A DNA stretch of 64,000 nt from an uncultured Candidatus Binatia bacterium (GTDB lineage: Bacteria > Desulfobacterota > Binatia > UBA9968 > JAJDTQ01), in assembly GCA_964291295.2 (NCBI GenBank), contig OZ219754.1:2336001-2400000 (forward strand), written 5' to 3'. The translations under genes and the position numbers were made by a program. Within the stretch, counting starts at the first letter, position 1. The number at the start of each line of letters is the position of its first letter. This document shows, in pieces, positions 1 through 8,368 of this stretch. The notes beneath the pieces were generated by a model, which worked only from the letters and a program-made list of their open reading frames with translations, was not told where the DNA came from and ran no database searches.

Positions 1-27
1 TACGGCGCGCAGCCATAGCCCTGCCAT
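1..27 (-). CDS. Possible 5' end of a gene running off the window (MAGLWLRAV...)
   Basis: On the minus strand GGAGAAG directly precedes an ATG at 27, downstream of and co-directional with the HAD gene; only 9 codons are visible. Confidence 0.3.
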
Positions 28-72
28 CTTCTCCCCGGTGCGGGTCCGCTTCGGGTGTTCTCGAACCGAAGT

Positions 73-678
73 TCACGCACCCGAGTCTGGACAGCGCTTG
101 ATCTGCCGGAACACTTCGTTGAAATGCCGGATTCGCGTCACGCCGGGATGCGAGAACGACCGGTTGTAGGGGTGGTGCGGCATCAGCACCCGGGCATGGG
201 TACGCTCGGCGACATCCTGGCAGTTTTCGTAGTTGTCATCGACGAACAGCACCACGCCGAGCTTCTCCACCACCGCGGATTTCTCGTTCTCGACCAGATA
301 GATGTCCGGGTCGGTGATGCCGTGCCGCCGGAACCATTCCGAGGTGACGGCATGAATGTCCCAGCTCTCGTGGCCGGTCCGGTGCGTGATGAACGAAAGC
401 TGCCCGCACCGGCTCAGCCGCTCCAGCCGCTGCCACTGGTCGGCGCTCAGGAGCGAATCCAGCCCGTCCCAGAACTCGGGATCCCGCCGCACCGCGTCTG
501 CGCACTCGTTCACCGCTTCCTCGGTCAGGGCGGGATGGGCCGAAAGGCGTACGCTCCGGAGCGACGCCGCCGGGATCGGCCCCCTGCCCAGGCGCCGTTC
601 CAGACGAAGGAGAAAGGGGGAGAGGAAGTCGGCCACCACGCCGTCGATGTCCAGCCCCACCATCGTGCCGCCCAACAT
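73..678 (-). CDS. HAD-superfamily 5'(3')-nucleotidase-like protein (NT5C-like)
   Basis: HAD motif I GLDIDGVVAD, motif II FITHR, motif IV LFVDDNYEN and C-terminal HPYNR. Start is probably ATG 678 or 663 rather than 729. Confidence 0.8.
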   Translation of the reverse strand: MLGGTMVGLDIDGVVADFLSPFLLRLERRLGRGPIPAASLRSVRLSAHPALTEEAVNECADAVRRDPEFWDGLDSLLSADQWQRLERLSRCGQLSFITHRTGHESWDIHAVTSEWFRRHGITDPDIYLVENEKSAVVEKLGVVLFVDDNYENCQDVAERTHARVLMPHHPYNRSFSHPGVTRIRHFNEVFRQIKRCPDSGA

Positions 679-924
679 ACGCAATCGGGGGATGGGCCGC
701 AACGCCGCCGCCGGTCCTTGACGAACCACAACCGGTCGGATACAAACCCTTTTTCTTCAGGCCCATCGCAATACCCGCCCGCTTGCCTCTGAATCAACGG
801 GAGTTCGAAGCGCAGGGCCATCGGGTCGCCGGTGGCGGCATGTCGCCTTTGCCGGCACGGACGCGCCACCGTACTTACAAGGACGGATCGGGAGCGGTTG
901 CGTTCTACAATTCAGGAGAGTGTC

Positions 925-1929
925 ATGGCCAGAGTCGGATTCGCACTGGGGTACGGGAAGTTCACCAACGTCCGGGAGATTGCCGATCTCATGCGGCGCG
1001 CGGAGGAGAAGGGCTTCGAGATGGGCTTCTTTTCGGAGACCATCGAACTCATGCGCGACTCGGTCTCCGCCCTGGCGGCCATGGGCATGGCCACGTCCAG
1101 GGTAACGCTCGGGGCGACCCAGATCGTCCGGTTGCGCACGCCCGTCTGCATGGCCCAGTCGTTGATGACGTTGGACGAATTGACCGGCGGCCGCCTCACC
1201 CTGGCGCCGGGCTCCTGCACCCGAAGCCACGCCCGGGTTCACGCCCTTGAGCACCAGAACCCGGTTCAGGTGCTCAAGGAGTACGTCGAGTCCATGCGGC
1301 TGCTCTTCACCGGCGAGAAGGTGGACTACGACGGAGAGTTCGTGAAGTTCAAGAACGTCGGCATCGGCTGGAAGCCGCTCCGCAGCCGCATTCCGCTCTA
1401 CATCCCGGCCACCGCGAGGCCGGGCCTGAAGCTGGCTGGGCAGATCGGTGACGGCGTGGTGCTCAATGCGGTCTGCTCGCCCGAGTACACCGCCAACGCC
1501 ATCAGGATCATCAAGGATGCCGCCGAGGAGGCGGGACGTGACTTCTCCCAATTCGAGGTCGCCCAGTTGATCAACTGCTCCATCGCCGACGACCACCAGA
1601 AGGCCCTGGACGCCATCCGTTGGGAAGTGGCCACCAAGCTCGACCCCATCCAGCTTCCGTTCATCGCCCGCCCCAAGATGCGCGTGGGCGAGCCCTACAT
1701 CCACGAAGAGGACATCCCCAGGTTCGAGGAAGCCCATGCCAGGGGCGGCATGGAGGCGTTGATCAAGGCGATCCCCGACTCCTACGTGGAAGGCATGACC
1801 GCCAGCGGCACGCCCGACGAGGTCAAGGCGCGGGTGCAGCAGTACCGTGACGCGGGCGTGAAGATCCCGCTCCTGCGGCCGGCCGCCGCGGACCAGACCG
1901 ATGCCCTGATGGACCTGTTCGCACAGTAG
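925..1929 (+). CDS. LLM-class (luciferase-like) flavin/F420-dependent oxidoreductase
   Basis: Motifs AEEKGFE, TSRVTLG, TLDELTGGRLTL, IPLYI..LAGQIGDGV and GTPDEV; AGGAGA RBS before ATG 925. Confidence 0.88.
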   Translation: MARVGFALGYGKFTNVREIADLMRRAEEKGFEMGFFSETIELMRDSVSALAAMGMATSRVTLGATQIVRLRTPVCMAQSLMTLDELTGGRLTLAPGSCTRSHARVHALEHQNPVQVLKEYVESMRLLFTGEKVDYDGEFVKFKNVGIGWKPLRSRIPLYIPATARPGLKLAGQIGDGVVLNAVCSPEYTANAIRIIKDAAEEAGRDFSQFEVAQLINCSIADDHQKALDAIRWEVATKLDPIQLPFIARPKMRVGEPYIHEEDIPRFEEAHARGGMEALIKAIPDSYVEGMTASGTPDEVKARVQQYRDAGVKIPLLRPAAADQTDALMDLFAQ

Positions 1930-2089
1930 CTGCGGGCTTCAGGCCCCGGCGGGTGTTTTCCGCGGCGCGCGGCGCGGTGCGCCGACGGCGGGCGTCTCGT
2001 TCACGACGATGTGGGTCCATTGATGCGGATCCGTGCATCGCGGCGGCGGTGGGATCGGCGGGATCTGTCCGGAGATCATGGATCCGGGA

Positions 2090-2560
2090 TTACGGAGCCA
2101 CCTCGGCCAATGGGGCACGGCATTTGATCAGGCGCACGTATTCGGAGCACCCGAAAAACCGCACTGGCGTTTTCCTCAACATCTCCCGTTCCGCTTTGTT
2201 AAGGTGTCCGCCATAGGCCACGACGGGACGAAACGCAACTGCCGCGTCATTGGCAACAAGCTTCTCGGCGGCCTTCGTACCGGCCTGAAGCTGTCCGACG
2301 ACATCCTTGGCGTTCAACTTCCCCTTTTTCAGTTCCAGCGGCACGACCAGGCCCGGCTGGCCGGGTACCTCCGCAATGAACAGGTAGTCGCAGCGGTTCT
2401 GGTCCGGACCGAGAGGCGAGCCTGATGCGTCGAAGTCGATGATCAGGCGCTTCTTCGGTGCATCCCTGAGGGAGACGGAGCATCCGTCCCTTTGGAGCTT
2501 TCCGTTCATCACACAGGCACTTGGAACCTTCGCCCGGACCCTTTCCACCAACCCCGTCAC
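2090..2560 (-). CDS. Hypothetical protein with PD-(D/E)XK-like motif, coupled to the ATPase
   Basis: GTG start overlaps the ATPase TGA (GTGA, 2557-2560); motif RCDYLF...VPLELKKG...VGQLQAG. Confidence 0.65.
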   Translation of the reverse strand: MTGLVERVRAKVPSACVMNGKLQRDGCSVSLRDAPKKRLIIDFDASGSPLGPDQNRCDYLFIAEVPGQPGLVVPLELKKGKLNAKDVVGQLQAGTKAAEKLVANDAAVAFRPVVAYGGHLNKAEREMLRKTPVRFFGCSEYVRLIKCRAPLAEVAP

Positions 2561-4095
2561 TTGGCCTCTTCCATCCGGCTCGAAATCTCGGCCCAGTTGT
2601 TGTGGAGCGCGGTCGCCACCTCATCGAATCCGGCCGGATAAAGCCCGGAATCATCGAGACGGATTTCCTTCACCGTCGATCCCTTGGGGCGGCGCTTCGG
2701 TTGGAAAAGCCATGCCCCGACTTGGCTTGGCGGCAGGGCAACTTCGCTGCCGGCCTCCTTCCGGCGGGCCGCCGGGAGTCGGGACCGCCGCACGATATTG
2801 GCCAGTTCCTCAAGAACCCATTCGCTGTGTGTCGTGACCATTACCCGGATGCCTGATTGGACGAGCGCCGCAATCTGCCGGGTGAACTCGACCTGCATGG
2901 CGGGATGCAGGTGTGATTCCGGCTCCTCGATGATCAGCAGGTTGCCGGGTAAGACCATGTGGCGCAGATACAACACCACCGGCGCGAGTTCCGAAACCAT
3001 GGAAGAGGCTCTCATCAAGGGCAGTTCGTCCTTCCATCCCCGGGGCCGATAGGTGAAGCGCGGATAGCCGCTTGCCTCGGATCGGTTGATGCGCACCGAC
3101 CCTGCAATAATGGTGTTCTCGATTTGTGTGGCGACGTCGGGTGGACGCTTGTGTTGCCGATGCCGTGAATACGGTGGCATGTGGTCGAGATCGATCATGT
3201 GTTCGAGGAAGTCCGCCAAGACACCCGATAGCATGGGCGTGCGCGTGGCCGGGCGCAGGCCGGTCATGGACGCGCTCTCGATCAGGGCACTCACGACCAC
3301 GTTGTGCGCATGCATCACGCCCGTCCGGTCGGCGGGCAGATAGTATGCGGGAAGGTGCAGGGAGCCGACGAGTTGGGGCAAGGCGAGCGCGTGCAGGATA
3401 TCCAGCAACCGCTCGGCGAGGAACCTCCGTTCTCCTCGATTGGCGTTGTTCTCCGCCAGTCTGGCCAAGTATTCCATCGGATACGCACGGTCTTCGGTAC
3501 TGATTCGCACCTGTGTCTCTCCGGGTATCGTCGATCGATATTCGATCCCCGGCGCCTTCAGGGTCCACTCGTGCTCAAGCGACGCGGAATCGTTCAGATG
3601 CCTCTTCAAGGTGACGCGTGCACCCTCCTTGTTCCCCTTGCGGACCAAGGGCGCCAACTCTTCGGTGCCGAAGCATCGAACCATCTCTCCGCCGAACGCT
3701 CTACCGAACGCATCCCCGCGCGCTCGATGCAGGGAACGGATCTCGTCCATGACCGCGACAGGAAGAACAAGGGTTCGGCCGTCCAATGGTCTTTGCCTGT
3801 CGGCGAACGTCTGCTTCGCCCATTGAGCAAGCGCATCAATGGTTCTCTGACCCAAGAATTGTTCCCTGTCGCCCCGGATCATTCGGAACGGAATTGAGGA
3901 ACGCCGGCGACCAAACCCATGGTTGTTGCCGAAGTGTTGGTGCAGCGCGTAGACCAGGATCGCCAGCCAGGATTTGCCGGTGTTGCTCGGCCCCACGAAC
4001 ACGGTCAGCGGGCGCAGATCGATGTTGGCCTCGATGATCGGCCCGAAATTCGCCACATCGAGTTCAAGAGTTCCTTGTGCAGTCAAGTCGTCCAT
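2557..4095 (-). CDS. ABC/AAA-type ATPase (AAA_15/AAA_21-like, OLD/AbiEii-related)
   Basis: N-terminal VANFGPI, Walker A GPSNTGKS, degenerate signature ASSMVSEL, Walker B IIEEPESHLHP, H-loop TTHS. Confidence 0.88.
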   Translation of the reverse strand: MDDLTAQGTLELDVANFGPIIEANIDLRPLTVFVGPSNTGKSWLAILVYALHQHFGNNHGFGRRRSSIPFRMIRGDREQFLGQRTIDALAQWAKQTFADRQRPLDGRTLVLPVAVMDEIRSLHRARGDAFGRAFGGEMVRCFGTEELAPLVRKGNKEGARVTLKRHLNDSASLEHEWTLKAPGIEYRSTIPGETQVRISTEDRAYPMEYLARLAENNANRGERRFLAERLLDILHALALPQLVGSLHLPAYYLPADRTGVMHAHNVVVSALIESASMTGLRPATRTPMLSGVLADFLEHMIDLDHMPPYSRHRQHKRPPDVATQIENTIIAGSVRINRSEASGYPRFTYRPRGWKDELPLMRASSMVSELAPVVLYLRHMVLPGNLLIIEEPESHLHPAMQVEFTRQIAALVQSGIRVMVTTHSEWVLEELANIVRRSRLPAARRKEAGSEVALPPSQVGAWLFQPKRRPKGSTVKEIRLDDSGLYPAGFDEVATALHNNWAEISSRMEEAK

Positions 4096-4173
4096 GGTCC
4101 GGGTTGGCCTGGGTCGATCCTTGGGTCCATCCGTTGGGCCACGGGTCCTTCAGTCCCGTATGCACATTGAACA

Positions 4174-4515
4174 TAGTGGTACGTCTCATGAATGGCCTTG
4201 CATCTCGAGATTTTGAGGTGACGGAGGTGGTCCGGACGAAAGGCTTGATGGCCGCAATCAGTTCCGGGACGCTGCGAAAGACACTGCGGCGCAGACGTTG
4301 GTGAGTCAGCCTGCAAACCAACTTTCGACGAGATTGAGCCAGGAGGTGCGGGTGGGCGTGATATGGAGTCGGAATCGCGGGTGAGCAGCCAGCCACCGGC
4401 GCAGCGCTTCATGCTTGTGAGTTCCATGGTTGTCCAGGGTGATGTGCAGGGTCCGGTCGCGCGGGAAGGCAGGGTGGAGGCGTCGCAGGAACTTCAGGAA
4501 CTCCTGATGCCGATA
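4174..4515 (-). pseudogene. IS630-family transposase remnant (3' part, frameshifted) with right end
   Basis: Minus strand reads RHQEFLKFLRRL..LHITLDNHGTHKH..WLAAHPRFRLHITPTRTSWLNLVESWF, then shifts frame to LTHQRLRRSVFRSVPELIAAI and CKAIHET; ends ...GAGACGTACCACTA. Confidence 0.85.
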
Positions 4516-4587
4516 CGGACCGATGAAGGCGCTGCGTCCAGATACGACCGACCCCGACCGCGCCGCGGCCCGCTGGCGGCTGCGGTC

Positions 4588-4911
4588 TCAGCGCCCGGGC
4601 GTGGCGGCCAGCACCTCGTCGAGGTTCGCCGCCACCAGCACGGCCTCCGCCCAAGCCTCCAGTTCGGAGGCCGACGCACCGCGAACCCGCTCGCCCACCG
4701 CATCCGGCACATCACCGAAGCGCAACGCCAGTTGACGAAGAAGAAGTTCCGCCAAGGCCTGTCTCCGGCCGCGTTCGATTCCCTGTTCGATTCCCTGTTC
4801 GATTCCCTGTTCGATTCCCTGTTCGATTCCCTGTTCGATTCCCTGCTCGATTCCCTGCTCCATTCCCTCAGCTCTTCCCTGTTCGATCCAGGCTTGTGCG
4901 ACTGTGCCCAT
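4588..4911 (-). CDS. Putative internally translated small Rpn protein (RpnS-like antitoxin), 107 aa
   Basis: In-frame ATG at 4911 preceded by GGGAGG with 5-nt spacing (TGGGAGGCGCTGATG), starting MGTVAQAWIEQG. Confidence 0.55.
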   Translation of the reverse strand: MGTVAQAWIEQGRAEGMEQGIEQGIEQGIEQGIEQGIEQGIEQGIERGRRQALAELLLRQLALRFGDVPDAVGERVRGASASELEAWAEAVLVAANLDEVLAATPGR

Positions 4912-5637
4912 CAGCGCCTCCCAACGGTCCGGCTTTGTCCGGCGCAGCGACGCCTCCAGCAATGGCGGCGTCAGGTTCATGCACTCGGCCATGTAACGCA
5001 CAATATGACGCTCGAACGCGCTCCCCGCAACCGGCCCGCCCGTCATCTGGTCCAGAAGGTCCGTCGGTATGTCCTCGGCATATACCACCTTGAGCGCCAG
5101 AAGCCCGGCCCGCACTTCGGGCGAGACCGACAACCGCCCTGGCGCAATCTCGCCAAGGTCATGCAGCACATAGGCGAACTCCCTGACGAAAGGCTCCAAC
5201 TCCCCGGGCGCGTCGATCATCCCCGGCACCGAGGGCGCCGCAGTCCAGCGGCCCCGACCGTGGTAGAAAACCAGCGGAATGATCGCCGGCAGCCGGTCCC
5301 CGGCGGCGCCATTCTCGACCTCGCGGCGCCAGATGTTGACCATGTATTTCAGGAGTTGGAGCGGCGTGTCCGCGTCGACGCGGCTCTTGTGTTCGAGCAG
5401 TACATAGAGCCGCGCATCGTGGCCGCTCCTCAGTCTCACCCGGAACAGCGCATCGCACTGGGTCCGCGCGGCGTCCTCGTCCACGAAGTGGCCCTCCACC
5501 GCCTCGGGCGGGGCCTCGGGGTCGAGGAGAGCGGCGACTTCTTGCGGCAGGTATTGCGCCAGCAGCGCGGCGGCGCGGGCCGGCTCGGAGACCAGTGCCC
5601 GGAACAGCGCATCGTGGGGCGTCGTCGGAAGGCTCAC
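4588..5637 (-). CDS. Rpn family recombination-promoting nuclease / putative transposase (YhgA-like) with DUF4351-like C-terminus
   Basis: PHDALFR, CDALFRV, YVLLEHKS, LQLLKYM, IIPLVFYHG, a QGIE repeat tail and LLRQLALRFG. Confidence 0.92.
   Translation of the reverse strand: MSLPTTPHDALFRALVSEPARAAALLAQYLPQEVAALLDPEAPPEAVEGHFVDEDAARTQCDALFRVRLRSGHDARLYVLLEHKSRVDADTPLQLLKYMVNIWRREVENGAAGDRLPAIIPLVFYHGRGRWTAAPSVPGMIDAPGELEPFVREFAYVLHDLGEIAPGRLSVSPEVRAGLLALKVVYAEDIPTDLLDQMTGGPVAGSAFERHIVRYMAECMNLTPPLLEASLRRTKPDRWEALMGTVAQAWIEQGRAEGMEQGIEQGIEQGIEQGIEQGIEQGIEQGIERGRRQALAELLLRQLALRFGDVPDAVGERVRGASASELEAWAEAVLVAANLDEVLAATPGR
4774..4869. repeat. 12-bp coding tandem repeat (TTCGATTCCCTG), 6 perfect + 2 variant copies
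   Basis: Seen directly; encodes (QGIE)7 in the Rpn protein. Confidence 0.95.
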
Positions 5638-5651
5638 CGGGCGGGTTCCCC

Positions 5652-5822
5652 GGCGTCTTTCGCAGCGTCCCGGAACGGATTGCCGTCATCAAGCACTCCC
5701 TGGCTTGCCACAATGCCAACCCCAGGCCTTTCGTCCGGAACACATCCGTCCACTCCATCCTGCGCAAAACCATCCTGCGCGAAATCGAAGACTGCAAGGC
5801 CATTCATGAGACACATCACTAG
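5652..5822 (+). pseudogene. Second IS630-family 3'-end remnant, inverted relative to 4174-4515
   Basis: Translates GVFRSVPERIAVIKHSLACHNANPRPFV...CKAIHETHH*; ends ...GAGACACATCACTAG; the terminal 29 bp match the left remnant at 26/29 as an inverted repeat. Confidence 0.8.
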
Positions 5823-5902
5823 CTTCTGCCAACAGGCGGGGTTTGTCCGGCATGGGTCCGAGCACTATGCGGTTCCTCTTCGGGCCAAGCTTGCGCAAGC
5901 GA

Positions 5903-5947
5903 GATGACCGAGGCGATGACCGAGGCGATGACCGAGGCGATGACCGA
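5903..5947. repeat. Intergenic 12-bp tandem repeat (GATGACCGAGGC) x3.75
   Basis: Seen directly. Confidence 0.9.
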
Positions 5948-6175
5948 ACCGCATCCGCGCGGCCTGTCGGATGCCGTTCACGCTACCCGGTTCGCATAGC
6001 TCGTTCAAGCCACGGATCGGTCCCACGGAGACGATGCCTTGACGAGCGGGGCAAGATGAGCGGCAACCGGAATCAGGCAACCGGAACACCGATGCCCCCT
6101 CGGGTCTCGTGGCCGCGTCCGTCCGGGGGACGGGGAGTTGCGAAGGTTGGCCTTACGGAGTAATAGCAGTAGATC

Positions 6176-8347
6176 ATGGCCGGCTCCGAATCCACCTCCA
6201 CACCCGCCACATCTACCCACGCCGCGCCCGCACCCGACTCCCCCCCCGGATGCCGCATCGGCGTCGACATCGGCGGAACATTCACGGATCTGCTCCTGGT
6301 GGCGGATGACGGCACCTCCTTCATCGGCAAGACCCTGACCACGCACGGCGATCCGAGTGCGGCGGTGGAAACCGCCATGAGGGAGGGCCTGGCGGCCGCG
6401 GCGGCGGACCGCGCCAGGACGGGGACGCTGGTGCACGGCACGACGCTGGTCACCAATGCCCTCATCGAACGCAAGGGCGCGGTCACCGCGCTGCTCACCA
6501 CCGCGGGTTTCCGCGACGTGCTGGAGATCGGACGCGAGCACCGCTACGAGCTCTACGATCTCGATCTCGAGTTTCCCCGGCCGCTGGTGCCGCGCTACCT
6601 TCGATTCGACGTGCCCGAGCGCATGGCCGCCGACGGTACCGTGCTCGAGCCGCTGGACGAGGCGTTCGTGCGCGCCCTGGTGGCGGAACTCCGGGACAAG
6701 GGCGTGCGCGCGGTGGCGGTGTGTTATCTCAACAGTTTCCGCAACGCCGCCCATGAGCGGCGCACCCGGGAGCTCATCGCCGAGGTGGCACCGGACATCC
6801 GCGTGTCGGTGAGCGCCGACGTGGTGCCCGAGATCCGCGAGTTCCAGCGCACCAGCACCACCGCCGCCAACGTCTACGTACAGGAACGGGTGGCCGCCTA
6901 TCTCCAGGAGCTCCAGCAGCGGCTGCACGGCCTGCGCTTCACCGGCAGCTTCTTCGTGATGCTCTCCAGCGGCGGCATCGGTACGCCCGAGACGGCCGCA
7001 CGCTACCCGGTGCGCATGCTGGAGTCGGGTCCGGCGGCGGGGGCGCTGGCGGCGGCCGCCCTGGGACGGCGCGCGGGCTATCCGGACCTCCTCTCCTTCG
7101 ACATGGGCGGCACCACCGCCAAGCTCTGCGCGGTGGAGAACGGCCACCCGCTCAAGGCCCGGGAGTTCGAGGTGGACCGGGTCTACCGCTTTCGCAAGGG
7201 CAGCGGCCTGCCCATCAAGATCCCGGTCATCGACATGATCGAGATCGGCGCCGGCGGCGGCAGCATCGCCCGGGTGGACGCCCTGGGGCTTCTGAAGGTG
7301 GGCCCCGACAGTGCCGGGGCGGACCCCGGGCCGGCCTGCTACGGCCGCGGCGGCACCGGCGCCACGGTCACCGACGCCAATCTGATCCTCGGCTACTTCG
7401 ATCCCGACTACTTCCTCGGCGGCGAGATGAAGCTTGACGTGGACGCGGCCCGCCGGGCCCTCGGCGAGATCGCCGGAAAGCTCGGCATGCGCGTGGAGGA
7501 GGTGGCCTGGGGCATCCACCAGATCGTCAACGAGAACATGGCCAACGCCGCACGCGCCCATCTGGGGGAACGCGGCGCGGACCCGCGGGCGCTGCCCATG
7601 TACGCCTTCGGCGGCGCCGGGCCGGTGCACGGTTGCCACGTGGCGGAACTGCTGCGTCTGCCCACGCTCATCGCTCCGGTGGGAGCGGGCGTCGGGTCCA
7701 CCTTCGGGCTGCTGGCGGCACCGCTGGCCTTCGACTTCGTTCGCAGCGCCTACAGTCTTCTGGACGCGCTGGACTGGTCTTTCGTGAACGGGCTGTTCGA
7801 CGACATGCACGCCGAGGGGCGCGCCATCCTGGAGCAGGCGGGCCTGGGACCGGATGCGATCGTCTACGAACGCACCGCGGACATGCGTTACACGGGTCAG
7901 GGCCACGAGGTGTCGGTGCCGATCCCGGACGGCGTGCTGCACGGCGGCCATCTCGGCGCCATCACCGAAGCCTTCGAGCGCACCTACGCACAGATGTACG
8001 GCCGCACGGTTCCCGACGTGGGGGTGGAGGTGATCAACTGGCGCGTGGTGGCGCGGGGGCCGGAGCAGCCGCTGCACTTCGCGTCCGGGAACGGCAGCGC
8101 CGGCGGCGCCCGGGCGGAGAAGGGCGCCCGGCCGGTTTTCTCGCACGCCCGGGGGGCGTTTGTCGACACCACCGTCTACGACCGCTACGCGCTGGCGCCG
8201 GGCATGACCTTCCCCGGGCCCGCGGTGGTGGAAGAGCGCGAGTCCACCTTGGTCATCAGTGCCCGTGGCCGCGCCCGGGTGGACGAACACCGGAACGTGA
8301 TCGTCGAGTTCAACCATGAAAACGCCGACGGATACCACGCCGACTGA
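6176..8347 (+). CDS. Hydantoinase/oxoprolinase family, A (ATP-binding) subunit
   Basis: IGVDIGGTFTD, HGTTLVTNALIERKG, ESGPAAG, FDMGGTT, IGAGGGS, SAGADPGPACYG, FGGAGP, DMRYTGQGHE. Confidence 0.93.
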   Translation: MAGSESTSTPATSTHAAPAPDSPPGCRIGVDIGGTFTDLLLVADDGTSFIGKTLTTHGDPSAAVETAMREGLAAAAADRARTGTLVHGTTLVTNALIERKGAVTALLTTAGFRDVLEIGREHRYELYDLDLEFPRPLVPRYLRFDVPERMAADGTVLEPLDEAFVRALVAELRDKGVRAVAVCYLNSFRNAAHERRTRELIAEVAPDIRVSVSADVVPEIREFQRTSTTAANVYVQERVAAYLQELQQRLHGLRFTGSFFVMLSSGGIGTPETAARYPVRMLESGPAAGALAAAALGRRAGYPDLLSFDMGGTTAKLCAVENGHPLKAREFEVDRVYRFRKGSGLPIKIPVIDMIEIGAGGGSIARVDALGLLKVGPDSAGADPGPACYGRGGTGATVTDANLILGYFDPDYFLGGEMKLDVDAARRALGEIAGKLGMRVEEVAWGIHQIVNENMANAARAHLGERGADPRALPMYAFGGAGPVHGCHVAELLRLPTLIAPVGAGVGSTFGLLAAPLAFDFVRSAYSLLDALDWSFVNGLFDDMHAEGRAILEQAGLGPDAIVYERTADMRYTGQGHEVSVPIPDGVLHGGHLGAITEAFERTYAQMYGRTVPDVGVEVINWRVVARGPEQPLHFASGNGSAGGARAEKGARPVFSHARGAFVDTTVYDRYALAPGMTFPGPAVVEERESTLVISARGRARVDEHRNVIVEFNHENADGYHAD

Positions 8348-8368
8348 TTCGAACCGCGGAGTGCGCCC

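Noticed and set aside
4363-5907. 514-aa + strand ORF containing (FDSL)n
   Set aside because: Antisense shadow of the Rpn gene and the IS630 remnants.
4774-5947. 12-bp repeat arrays as possible CRISPR
   Set aside because: Contiguous tandem units with no spacers and no cas genes.
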